Shown in pieces: positions 37,671 to 50,619 of a stretch of 64,000 nucleotides of DNA; position 1 is the first letter of the stretch; each line of letters begins with the position of its first letter. Both the position numbers and the translations under genes were made by a program. Source of the DNA: Octopus sinensis. Lineage: Eukaryota. The notes beneath the pieces were generated by a model that saw only the letters and a list, made by a program, of their open reading frames with translations, was not told where the DNA came from and made no database searches. Location of the stretch: the NCBI RefSeq assembly GCF_006345805.1, contig NC_043009.1:34410001-34474000 (forward strand), written 5' to 3'.

Positions 37671-40600
37671 CTTATATATATACATAACATGTTTCTATAC
37701 AATTTCCATCAAAGAAATTCACACAAAAGGTATATTAGTTGGCTTGGGGCTATAGTAGAAGACATTTGCCCAAGGTGCTACACAGAGTCAATTTTTCAAA
37801 GGTTGTTTTATTCTGGAATTCACTAGAACATTTTTGCATTATTCAATCTTCTGTTTCAAATATTGCTGTTGTTATTGTTTAACTTTGAATGAGTGGACCA
37901 AGGATTAAATGTATTCCATCATGAACATTCATCTTTTGTTTATCAAAGATTACATAGCTCAATCTTTGTTTTCCTGTTTTAAAATTAGTTCCAATCAAAT
38001 GCTAGAGTTAATTAAATTATATTTCTCTTCCTTGTGCCTATGAGTGTCAGACGAAATGCTTTGCAATATATCTTCTGGCTATTTACTTTCTGAGTTCAAA
38101 TCCTGCCATGGTCAACTTTGCTTTTCATCCTTTCAGGGTTGACAAAATAAAATACCAAACTAGAGCTAAAGTCAATTTAATCAACAAACATTCTCCCCTC
38201 AGACTTGCTAGCCTTGAACATAGATACAATTATTACAATTGCTCAAGTTTCACTTGTAAAGGAAGGCAAGGGTGGAGAAGAAGGTACTGTCCTTATTGAA
38301 CGGTGCCTGAAATATAAGTCTGAAGACTTGTCCTTGATGTTCAGAGAACTCTTAAATGACAAATAAAGGAAATCATCATCATTATTATTAATGTTTTGGT
38401 GTTCATGGACATGCCTATGGAATTTGGTTTATTCCCAAGCTTTTACAGAATGAAATGTTTTCTTTTATTTTGTCAATGAAAGACATTGGAGTATTTCAGT
38501 GGCCACCCCTATTACCATGAGTGAAAAAAAAAATGTCTCTTAGACATCTTTATATTAAATCTTGCAGACATTCATTCATTTGTTTCAGCATAGTTTTTTT
38601 TCTTTTGAGAGAGTGGTAAGAGATGCTAAGTACAAAAATGATAGCAGCATACATACTTGCAAGAGCTCTGAGGAAAATTTTAAACATTGTGAAAACAAAA
38701 CACAAATAAAAATAGGTAAAAATAATTACAAGAAAGCAGATGCAATTATAAACAGGGTTATTAACACTTTGAAAAAATACCCAGAAAAAATATCAATTCT
38801 ACAAGTGAATACATTTGTAAACACAGACTTTCATATAGCAACACATATAAATAACATGGACAAAAAAAATTAACAATGGAGGAAGTAACTTTTCTGGCAG
38901 CACCAGCCAGAAAGAATGAGCAGGTTCTTTGAAAAAGGAGAACATGGGACTAATTCTGCCTCATCATCATCATTGTTTAACGTCCGTTCTCCATGCTAGC
39001 ATGGGTTGGACGGTTCGACTGGGGATCTGGGAAGCCAGAAGGCTGCACCAGGCTCCAGTCTGATCTGGCAGTGTTTCTACAGCTGGATGCCCTTCCTAAC
39101 GCCAACCACTCCGAGAGTGTAGTGGGTGCTTTTTACGTGCCACCAGCACAGGTGCCAGATGGGACTGGCAACGGCCACGATCGGATTGGTGCTTTTTACA
39201 TGCCACCGGCACAGAAGCCAGTCAAGGCGGCGCTTAAAAGAAGAGCAAAGATGGTTCTGACGGCTCTCAAAGAACATAGAACAAACCCAGAGCTACACCA
39301 CATTGTAGGTGCAGGGAGAAAGATAACAAAGTCAGTTGTTGTTACATAAAGGCTATTTAGGGAATTTCTGCTCAGAAGAAGTAGAAAAACAGAGAAAATG
39401 AAAAAAGTGAACATCAACAATGAGTCCTAGAGATGACTGTTACCATGGAACAACAGAGTGCAACCTTGTAGATAATAAAAAAAAATTAGATTGTTTCAGT
39501 GCCAGGAACCAAACGGGAGGTGACAAGTGTTGTGGGATGTCTTGATTAATCCCAGGTGGCAGTTTCACAGGTATGTATGAGTGGCACTTTGTGTGTGTGT
39601 GTGTGTGTGTGTATGTGTGTGCGTGCATTTGTTATTTGGAATTGCGGTATTTGTCTTGAAATGGCATTTCATATAGATGTATCAGTAGCAATTGAAAAGT
39701 GTCAAGCAACAGTGGAGGAATTGTCAGATCACAGGATTTCTGTGTATTTGCACATCATCAGTAGCAAGAATCTACTATCAATCACATGCTTAGACAAATT
39801 TCATGTCTACTGATATAGGAAAACAATTGTAAACAAATCACTTGTGTTGCAAATAGCTGATAGGCTGGACAAAAATTCGTTATTAGTATTAGAAACAGTA
39901 TTAGATTTGAATAGCAATCTTTATATCTTGCTTAATATGGATATACTGTAAGAGAACCACAATATTGTGGTGTTTGTCTTGAGAAATTATCTCGTATAGA
40001 TGTATAGTACTAAAAAACATAGGGAAGTGTCCAGCAGCAGAAGTAGAATTGCTAGATCCTGGAATTTCTATATATCTCTATCATTAATAGTAAGTATCTA
40101 CTGTCAACTGCATGCTAAGACAAATTTTGTGACTACTGGTATAAGAAATAGTGATTAAGAAAGTTCTGGTGTTGCAAACAGCTAGAGGGCTGGGTAAAAA
40201 TTTATTAGCAATAGATGCAGTATTAGTCTCAAATAGCTTTGACCCAACCAAAATCAGATTTGAATTTTAACCTTGTATTCAATAATGTAGAGGGAATGGA
40301 ATTATACAGAAATGGTTTTATACCACAGGATATCATCTTGACTATCAGGACAGAAGTGAGTTTAGCTCTACAAATAAAATCTCTAACCAGGTTAGACATC
40401 AGTTACTTTTTTTTGAGACACTAACACTACTTGGAAAGGCATGAATATCACAGCCTTTGTTGCCACCTCAAATTCATATTGAAAGTGTTTCTATTTATGA
40501 AAGTATTACAAGACTGGTAGGAGATGACTAGAAAATCCACTCCCACTGCTACTTAACATAACTGACTAGACTGACTGTAGCACCATGGTTAAAGAAGACT

Positions 40601-40770
40601 AAAAGGTGATATTAACATTAGTGTACAGAAGAATGTGGAATATTAAACACCCACTGACAGAATGTAACTTAATTTGGAGTGAGTTATAACATCTGAAGAT
40701 TTAAAACTTTGGAAAGCTGGTGACCTTATAGAGGCAAAAACAAAAGGCAAACATTGTACAACAATCACTC

Positions 40771-40775
40771 GGAGA

Positions 40776-40850
<75 letters not shown>

Positions 40851-40852
40851 GA
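40771..40852. repeat. (GA)n microsatellite
   Basis: Directly visible. Confidence 0.95.
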
Positions 40853-41489
40853 GACTTTTTTAATGGACTGCAGCCATGATGGGGTACCTCTCTCGATAAT
40901 TTTAGTCTGCGGAAGACCCCAGTAACTGATGTTATAGAGAGAGATACTCTCTATCAGTAGTTCTCAACATGACTCCTTACCAAAAAGGAGACCAAATATA
41001 ATCACTGGTACACTCTATGTGGAAAATTTTACAAAAGAAAGAAAACTATGTTAGAATTTAAAAAAGCATCTACAGTCTAGGATTATATATTTTTTTTTAA
41101 ATGCAGTGAACCACCACACTACTATGCATCATTTGTAAAATGGCTTCTTTAAAAATAAGCAACTATGGACATGTCTGATTGATGGACCAAATGAAGAAAA
41201 TAGTAGAAAAGGCTTTACCACAAGTTATTAGGAAGAGAATTAACTTAGATGAGATGTACTTCAGATTTTTGTCAAGATAGGGAACCATCAAATAACTTCT
41301 TCCTTCTGAGACAACTACAGAAACAGTTCTTAGCTAAATGTAAGCCCCTAACCCTCATAGACTTGGAGATAGTGTGGTAGTTACTAAGAAAAATTGATGT
41401 AAATGAGTGGACCTGTACAAATCATGTAGTACAGATATGCTGTCAACAACAAGGTTAATGAGAAATTTACAGTGCAGGACTTTAGGGCT

Positions 41490-43390
41490 CATTGAAAGGT
41501 TTTGGCTTAAGCACTATTTACCTAAACACAAACGCCTGGACATGTAACCAGGACTTCATGTAACCAAGAATTGCCTCATTAATTCCTAACTCTTGCAAAT
41601 CCCTCCAGAGCATGTCCCATGGTATGTGGTCACATGCCTTTTTAAGGTCTACGAAGTAAGCGTACACCTCTTGGTAATATTCCCATGATTTCTTGAAGAC
41701 CAGTCACAGTGTGAATATCTAACAAGACAGAAGCCACAATGTTCTTCAGCAAGCTTGGGTTCCACGATTTCCCTACATCTCTTTTCCAAACACCTAGTGT
41801 AGACTTTATCAGGGAAATTACTCAACAAGCAGGGGATACTCCCTTGTCTCCCTTTTTGAAAATTAGAATTATCTCTTCAGATTTCTATTGCTTTGGTATC
41901 TTTTCAGAGGTCCAAGCCACTTGGCATACATGAGGCAGCCAAAGAATACCTTCTCTGTTCAAAGATTTTAACATCTATGTCAAATTTCATCTCCAGCAGC
42001 CTTGCTACAGTTGAGTGTTTAAATCAATCTATGATTTCAACCTCTGTGAAGTTAACTTTTGCCCCTAGATGTACCTTGTGTCTACCAGAAGATTTTATCA
42101 TGGCTGGATTTAGAGATCCATAAAGTATTCTTTCCACCTGCCAAGAATGCACTTCTCTGTTGAAAGAACCCCAGCCAAATTTTCAATGGCAGGTGTAGAA
42201 GAGGGATTCTTGATACAAAAACAGTAGCTGGCCTGCCAGAATACTTCATTAGGCAATCTAAAGTCAGAATGTACTTTAACTCCAAAGTCATGCCATGACT
42301 CAGCTTTGGACGTTTTTACTGTCTCTCCTGCAACATTTCACACCTCTGTGTACAATCTGTGCATAAGGGGAGACTTATTTCCAAGGCAAGCTTAGGCTTG
42401 GATGGCATTTTCAACTTCCTGGTTAAATCAGAGGGTTCTTTTACCACCTTGTATAACACCAAGCTGATTTAGCCCACAGCATTTTACAGCCAAAGAAAAA
42501 AACTCTCAAACAAAACAATCTCCTCCCTGTAGGTTTTGGACTTTTGGCAGGGGTGTGTATTACTTTATCTTTTCAAAATTTTTATGAACTGTTATTGTCA
42601 TGTGCAGCCATAGTAGAAGTGGTATCACAATTAGTGTGTGTAGGATTGACTGGTTGTTATATGCAGACATGGTACTACTTGGTCCATCAGAAGGTGATCT
42701 GTGCTATGCACTGAATGAGCTCACTGCCAAGTACTGCAAGGCAAGGATAAGAATTAGTGTTGCAAAGACTGAGACATTGGTTTTCTGAAAAAAGTTTTCC
42801 CAGTGCATTCTGCATGTCCGTAGAACATAACTGAGACAAGTGGAGAAGTATCTCAAGGCCATATTCACAAATGTTAGGAAGACTGAATTAAATGCTAGAA
42901 TTGCAGGCACTGGTACAGTAATGCACCAATTTCAGTATTTGATCTTCAGAAGAGGAGAAGTTGGTAAAAAAGTCAAACTCAATTATCTTTAATTCAGTTT
43001 CTCTGCTTATCCTCACCTATGGTAATGAATGTTGGGTAAAGACTGAAAGAGTGACATTGCGAATACAGACAGCTGAAGGTTCTTCCAAAGGATCTCTGGA
43101 GCAATGTTACTTAACAGTTTGCATAGCTTAGAGATCAAGGAGCCTCTCCAGGTCAAACTTCTCTAGTGCTATAGGAAAGAATTGCAAGAAGGATTCTGCA
43201 AACCAAACCAACTGGCAAGAGACTTAGGAGTGGATCAAGAATGAGATGGTTGGATAATATCTATAGTCTCAGCTTGTTATGCTTGGGAATCCAGCAGGAA
43301 AAAGTTGGTTGTTTCCAATAGGACCCTCCAGTACCTAAGGACTCTATTCTCATGACCCTTCCAAGAATTGTGGGTGAAGATGGATGGGTG
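41490..43390. mobile_element. Expander-type RTE LINE with an inverted 5' segment
   Basis: 41490-42520 encodes the linker and RT domains 1-3 on the minus strand (YFVDLKKACDHIPW ... KPKPF). 42528-43390 continues on the plus strand at VGFGLWQGC, LLYADMVLL and YGNECWV. Confidence 0.82.
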
Positions 43391-44222
43391 AATGGAGGTA
43401 TTTAGAGCTCAGCAATATATTATTATTCTCCAGCCCTTAACAGAAGAGTTTAAGACTTATATGTAGGAACTTGTGTTTGCCAATGATTTAGTTCTCAGGG
43501 CAAAATCTATGGAAAAATTAGTGAAGATATTCCTAACATGGAAACAAATGTTAGAATTGAGAAGGCAGGAATGAAAACTGCCTTATTGTCATCTGAGGTT
43601 AGGCCATGTTTAATATGCAGGAATGGAATATGGTGTACTCAATGTAAATTGTAGAAGGACCATTTATTTTATGTGTGTCATATCACCTAATTGGAATGGG
43701 GAGAGTTCTAGGATGTTTTTGTGGGGGAAGTCCATTGTGAGAGTTTAAGTTGCTTTCTATTCATGGCAAACGTGATTTGTTTTGCATGAGATCAATACTA
43801 CATCAACTAAGAGGACGAAAGACAAACAGTTTAGAACAGAATTCCTCTTAGTACAGAGTCAGCTTATGTTTTTTTACAGTGATGCTTCTGAAATGTTGCT
43901 CCAATTGGCACACTGCTTCATCTCGTATTAGAGACTTATCACTGTTAACAGAGCCCCTAAGGCTCTATTTCCTGCCACATGAAGGCTTGTGATAAGAAAT
44001 ATTTAAACTCAGAACAAAGAATCAGAATGGAAACCACAAGTCATCTCACCCAATGTTCTAACAATTCCATCAATCCACCCATTGAAATTTGACTTTATCA
44101 GTCTTTCTGGAATTTGAACTCAGAGTACAAAAATCTGTAACAAAACTGCAAGCATTCAGTATTAACCTGGATGAAACTGCCAATTTGGTTTCTACTATAG
44201 AATTCAGTACAGTATCAAGTGG

Positions 44223-44549
44223 TGAAGGCGCATGGCTCAGTGGTTAGAGTGTCGAGCTTACGATCGTGAGGTTGTGAGTTTGAATCCCGGACTGGGCTGC
44301 ATGTTGTGTTCTTGAGCAAGACACTTTATTTCACGTTGCTCCAGTTCACTCAGCTGTGGAAGTGAGTTGCAACGTCACAGGTGCCAAGCTGTATCGGCCC
44401 CTTTGCCTTTCCCTTGGATAACACTGGTGGCGTGGAGAGGGAAGGCCGGTATGCATGGGCGACTGCTGGTCTTCCATAAACAATCTTGCCCTGAGCAGGT
44501 AACTTTCTAGGTGCAAACCCACGGTCAGTCATGACCGAAGGGGGTCCCC
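44223..44549 (+). mobile_element. tRNA-derived SINE, family A
   Basis: GGCGCATGGCTCAGTGGTTAGAG head with the same body. Confidence 0.88.
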
Positions 44550-45323
44550 CCAATCAAGTGATGAGAGTGAATATTTAGAGACGAGATCAGTTATTTTGGT
44601 GTTTTGGTTCAGACAAATAGTGTAAGGATAATATTACTCAAGAGAAGGTTGTCTCTAACTAATACATAACAAACAGATATATGATCAAAGATATATCAAC
44701 CATGATATCTCATCTTTGCATACTCATAGGGCTACTTAGTCCATGTCTCTCTTTTTATAAGAGACATGTGCTCCTTTTTTAAGATGATATGAGGTGATGA
44801 GGAAATTGAAATGTGAAGTTCCCTTATTGTTTAGTTTATATTTGTGTCAAAAGCCAGTATTACTCAATATTATACATTGAATAAAGTGGTAAACTGGCAA
44901 AACCATTAGCACACCAGAAAAAATGCTTTTTGTAGTTGTGTAGGACTTCAAATTACACCCTGCTGCATTAGATAATATCTAATGCAGCAGGGTGGAATTT
45001 GAAGGAGATTTGGCTGCTATTTCTACCAAGTTGAATGGCCACATAAATGCATGCACTCATTCATTGGCTTGAATGTTGTTGGTGTTTATGATGCAAAAGG
45101 AAATCAAATTGAATTTAGGTCAACACTGAAAAATAAAAATATACTTAATTGATCTATGTAGATCAACTTAAGCACAATTAGTTATTATGTAATAGCTACA
45201 TAATTGCAATGTCAAAAACTTAACAATTATTACAGTTGTTGTATTGGGTCCCTAATCAAAGGACATAATTGTACTTGTTCCTAGTTGACTAAACTGATGA
45301 TAAATGTTTTTTTCTTTCTTCAG

Positions 45324-45363
45324 GGTTGAATGTGTTTAATAGTAAGAAAAGACAGGAAACTAT
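45324..45363 (+). other. Orphan 40-nt exon antisense to the Tec-family gene
   Basis: Strong acceptor tttttttctttcttcag and donor TAT|GTAAGT. One frame is open (LNVFNSKKRQET). No partner exons were confidently identified. Confidence 0.4.
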
Positions 45364-46739
45364 GTAAGTCATGAGACCCCATCTCACCACAATATCATAA
45401 AACTGAATATAAAACTTTAAACATTATATACACACCATATTTATTTGTGTCTAATATGCACTGTTTTCCAAATTTTAAAACTTAGACATTAGGGGTATGC
45501 ATTATATTAAGAATATGAACATGACAACTAAATGCTACTCATGTCTTAAAATATTTTTTACAAAAATATAAAAATTCTTTACACAGTTTATATATATATA
45601 TATATAAAAGTTTGTGCGTGTGTGTGTATGTGTACATATGTTCCTTATGGATTTTAAAACTGAGTTGCTGATTTTGACATATGAGGTATCAAAAGATTCA
45701 GAACTCTTTTTTACTACAAAAATAACCTCAAAGACAAGGTCGGGTCGCACAATTTTGAGGTCTTTAGCTGAGGGAAGCAACTCTGCCTGAACAATCTTTA
45801 TGCCTTAGATAGCGCATAATGAGAAACTGTTTAAAATATATGTTGTTTTACTAGGGAATGAAACTTCAAAAGTATACTGATAACTTTATTAGTATTATTT
45901 AGTAGATAATCTTTTAAAGTGAAGTATGTTTGTGTTTTGTTTAGCCCAGATTTGCCTCTAATGTAGCAGAACCAATGCATAGTTTTTTTTTTGTTTTCCT
46001 GAAATACTGTAAATCTGTGTCTTTCTTTTGATGAAAGGGTGTGTTTTAAGCTGCTATTTGTAGTAGCTCAAGTTACCACAGACACCTTTGTGTGTGTATG
46101 CGTGCGTGTCTGTGTGTGTGTTTTACTGTGGTGAAAAAGATACTTTTACTCAGAATATTTTGCAAAATAATTTTCAAAAAAATCTGGGCGTCTTTCTTAC
46201 TGCTAACCATTCAACCTCAAATTACAATTGCTAATTGTTTGAAATCAAGTAAACTGAGATGTATATATACTGTTATCATATAGAGTGGTAGTTGAATATG
46301 AAGTTTTGAACTTATTATCTCGTGGTTAGTAATCCTTTACCTTAAATTTGAAACCATTAAGTCTCTAAACATTATTTCACTGGGCTTGGTCTTTTGACTG
46401 TTGCCATGATGGGGTATCACCTTCAAAAATTTAATTGATCATACTGACCTCAGTATGTATTTCAATCTGGCATTTATTTTATAGATTTCTGCTCGATGAA
46501 CTGCTAACTTTCAGACATAATGGGACACAATACTCGACCTAACAACAAATGTAAACACAAACACACATATTAGGTGCAAGAATGGCTGCGTGGTTGAGAA
46601 GTTTGCTTCCCAACCATATGGTTCCACGTCCAGTCCCTCTGCATGGCATCTTGGGCAAGTGTTTTCTACTATAGCCCTAGGCCAACCACAGACTTGTGAC
46701 TGAATTTGGCAGTGTTGTTCATCAGAAAATAACTGAAAA

Positions 46740-47420
46740 ACAATGTTTATAAAGAAGAGTTGCTTGCTTCATACTCCTTGTGTACCGATTCTGCCCATAA
46801 GGAACAAATAGTACAATGTGGCTATTGGTCATAATGACTAGGCAATGCCAGGGTGCATTGCTTGTATATTATATAACAAAAAAGAAATTACATACATTTT
46901 CAATATATAATGTTGTGATGCACTTGGACATATTATCAGACATGTTTCCTGGGATCATTAGGTATTTCAGCATCAGGCATTCTCACCCAGATGACCCAGC
47001 CGAGGTTGGTCAAGACCAAGCTGAAGCAGCTTCTACTGCCTTCACAGCCAACTGATGACCTTCTACCTATTGGTCCCTATAGTGTCAAGCATACTGTAAA
47101 CTCTGTAGAGGAACTGGTCTGCAAATCCTCTGCATCCCACCTCAATGGGACTACACCTTGCTTGCCAGCCATTTCTTTGGCGTAATTCCACTGATTCAGC
47201 ATATATTCTCCCCTTGCTCTTGTTAGCTACCTCAATGCAGTCTTCCAAGGGAATGAATAGTTCCAACAGAACTACCTGTTTCAATGTTTCTGACATCAGT
47301 ACCATATCCAGTCCAGTGATGTTGAGGTCACAATTTCTGGGAACTTCAGAGGCTTTCCTTGGTCAACTTACAGCTTCCAGTCATTTGTTGTTGCAAACAG
47401 ATCTGAAGAGTCAGACCTAG
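46740..47420 (-). mobile_element. R2-superfamily (HERO/NeSL-like) LINE fragment with restriction-like endonuclease
   Basis: Reads GLDMVLMSETLKQVVLLELFIPLEDCIEVANKSKGRIY..GWQARCSPIEVGCRGF, matching the RLE motif PD..ELTVPWE..K..Y..GW....PVEVGCRGF. Confidence 0.78.
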
Positions 47421-49493
47421 CAGTGTGCATCTTCTACTCGCTAGCTTTGACAAAGGTGATCAACTTCATAGAGCAGAGATGCTTGCAATGACTAATCATA
47501 CCGTGTATAAGTAATATGCTGTTTGTCAGACAGTTTTGCTTCGAAACAAAACTGAACATGAAACTCTGAGTAACAGTTTTTGTGATATTTTTGTTGCTTT
47601 TTAATAAAGTATATATATATATCATCATCATCATTTAGCATCCGTTTTCCATACTAGCATGGGTTGGACAGTGCAACTGGGGTCTGGGAAGCCAGAAGGC
47701 TGCACCAGGCCCAGTCTGATCTGGCAATGTTTCTAAGGCTGGATGCCCTTCCTCGCGCTGTCGACTCTGTGAGTGTAGTGGGTGATCTTTACATGCCAGA
47801 CGAGGCTGGCAAACAGCCACGATCGGATGGTGCTTTTTACGTGCCACTGGCACGGAGGCCAGGCGAGGCTGGCAACGGCCACGATCGGATATATATATAT
47901 ATATACTTTATTATATATATATATATATATACTTTATTATTATGTGAAAATAGTAAGGGATTACCCCAAAATGATCACTGATTTGTTCTCAGTTAGGTAT
48001 TCAAAATAGATTATTCAACAGTTAACATATAAATCTAATAAAGTTCTTATAAGAATTTAGAGATATATTTTGTTGGATAATTCTGAATATATTACCTTAA
48101 CCATATAGGTTTCCTGGAGTATATAATATCAACAGTATTAATAATAAGGATCATTACAAAGTTGCATGGTATTACCTTTAATTCTTTTAATATATATACA
48201 ACTTTACGCAGACTAACACATTTCAACTGCACCAATTAGTAACCATTTGCAATTGCAACCTTACTATAATACTGGTGCAGTTTCTTCAGGGTGTTTACTT
48301 AATATCCTTCGATTTAACTGTTTAAAGTTTTTCGCTTATCTACTTTGCATGGGTCTATGTAAAGCTGTGTATATATTAAAAGAATTAAAGGTAATGCTAT
48401 GCAACTTCATAATAATCCTTATTAATAATACTGTTGATATAAAAGAAGTGAGGCATAAGAGGAATTAGTTGCAGTGTGCAAGAGAGAAGACTGCACTGGT
48501 TTGGTCATATGATGCAAAAGGCTGCTGACAGATCCTTAAAGAAGTGCTGATCTCTCAAAGTACATGTAACATATGGAAGGGGAAAACCCAGGAAGACATA
48601 GGATGAAGTACTGAAGAATTACCTCAGAATGCTGAACATTTCAGGTGAGATGATAAAGAACCGAGATGCCTGGCACCTTAGTGTACTCAAGAAGACCTGT
48701 ACTCCAAAGCAGACATGTTAAGACTGGTCCCTCTGGTGGTGTAAAGCACTTGTGGCAATGCCACATAAAAGGAGCCATGTGGTACCACGTAAAAGCAGCC
48801 AGTGCACCCTATAAAGTGGTTGGTGTTAGGAAGGGAATCCAGCTGTAGAAGCCATGCCAAATCAGACTGGAATCTGGCGCAGCTCCCTAGCTTGCCAGCT
48901 CTGGTCAAACCACTCAATCCCTGCCTACATCAACATCATCATCATCATCACCATTTAGCGTCCGCTTTCCATGCTAGCATGGGTTGGACGGTTCAATTGG
49001 GGTCTGGGAAGCCAGAAGGCTGCACCAAGCCCAGTCTGATCTGGCAATGTTTCTACGGCTGGATGCCCTTCCTAAAATGATGATGATGATGCTGATATAT
49101 ATATATATATGTATATAAATATATATATATAACAAAAAAGGGGGTGTATTTCCGCGTAGGAAAAAATATAGGCAAATTTGTTGTTGAAAATGCACCTAAA
49201 TTAGAAAAACCTGTAATTGTTTTAAGATAAATTTATTTTATTTACATATATACCAAACCAGTTTCAACATGTTTTCCTAATTCATAATTGTAAATTTTTA
49301 CCATTGATAAACAAAAAATATTGTTGAAACTAGTTTGGTATGTATATATATAAATAAATTTATTATAAAACAATTACAAGTTTTTCAGATTTAGGTGCAT
49401 TTTCAACAACAAATTTGTCTATATATGTCGGGTTGGATGACTGCTGAAGAAAGGGCAACAATCCACAAAAATATGATATATTCACTCATTACC

Positions 49494-49626
49494 CACGTGT
49501 GGTAAGTAGCTTGCTTACCAACCACATGGTTCCAAGTTCAGTCCCACTGTATGGCACCTTTGACAAGTGTCTTTTACTATAGCCTTGTGAGTGGATTTCA
49601 TGGATGGAAACTGAAAGAAGTCATTC

Positions 49627-49673
<47 letters not shown>

Positions 49674-49870
49674 TGTGTTTGTACCCCCAACATCGCTTGA
49701 CAACCGATGCTGGTGTGTTTATGTCCTGGTAACTTAGCAGTTCAGCAAAAGAGACTGACAGAATAAATACGAGGCTAGGCTAACAAAAAATAAGTTCTGG
49801 GGTCTATATGCTTGAGTAAAGGCGGTGCTCCAGCATGGCTACAGTAAAATGACTGAAACAAGTAAAAGAA
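49494..49870 (+). mobile_element. SINE family B, older copy with a (TG)n centre
   Basis: Same 5' and 3' modules, more diverged. Confidence 0.8.
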
Positions 49871-49903
49871 TAAAATAAATAAATAAATAAATAAATAAAT
49901 ATA

Positions 49904-49956
<53 letters not shown>

Positions 49957-50580
49957 AATGAATGTTTTTATATATAATGAACGTGAAATACAGGAAGGGA
50001 CGAACACGGAACACAGACAAATCATTCGAAGCCTTCAATCTTCAGTCAGACACCGAATCATCATAGCAAATTTCGGCTGTTCAATTCTGATATTTGCTCC
50101 AACTCGGCCAGCCCCAAGAAAAAAAACTAAGCTGTAAGCATTAGATTTCTTGGTAGAAGACAGGAATGTGAACGCACAAGACGGATGTAAATACAAGAGA
50201 CGAAAACGAAATTGAAAACAGTAATGAATAAACAAAATATATATAACGGTGGTTGTCATACGACTTTAGACCAAATGAGACAAAAACAACAACAACATAG
50301 CTGGCGTAGAAATAATTACCGTTTCGGTAGCGGGGACACATGTTGGTCGAGATACGATGGCCAACAGAATGGTTTAAGAAGCAGCAGGTGGCAGGAGAGA
50401 GAGAGAGAGGGAATCAAAGAGGGTGGAAGGCAGGGGACAGAATCAGTGACCAAGAGAAAAGGAGAAAGAAGGGATTAAGGAGGATGGGAGGAAGAGGGGA
50501 GGAGGATGGGAGGAAGAGAGGGGAAGAATCGGAGGGCGCCAAAAAGTTTGGTGAAGAAGCAATGGCGGGTAGGAAAGACA

Positions 50581-50619
<39 letters not shown>

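Noticed and set aside
48802-49080. Poly-His ORF (HQHHHHHHH)
   Set aside because: It is the (CAT)n tail between two retroelements.
50015-50055. Hammerhead-like CTGAAGA...GAAT...GTC on the minus strand in probable Penelope debris
   Set aside because: GAAA is broken and stem I does not pair; too degenerate to claim.
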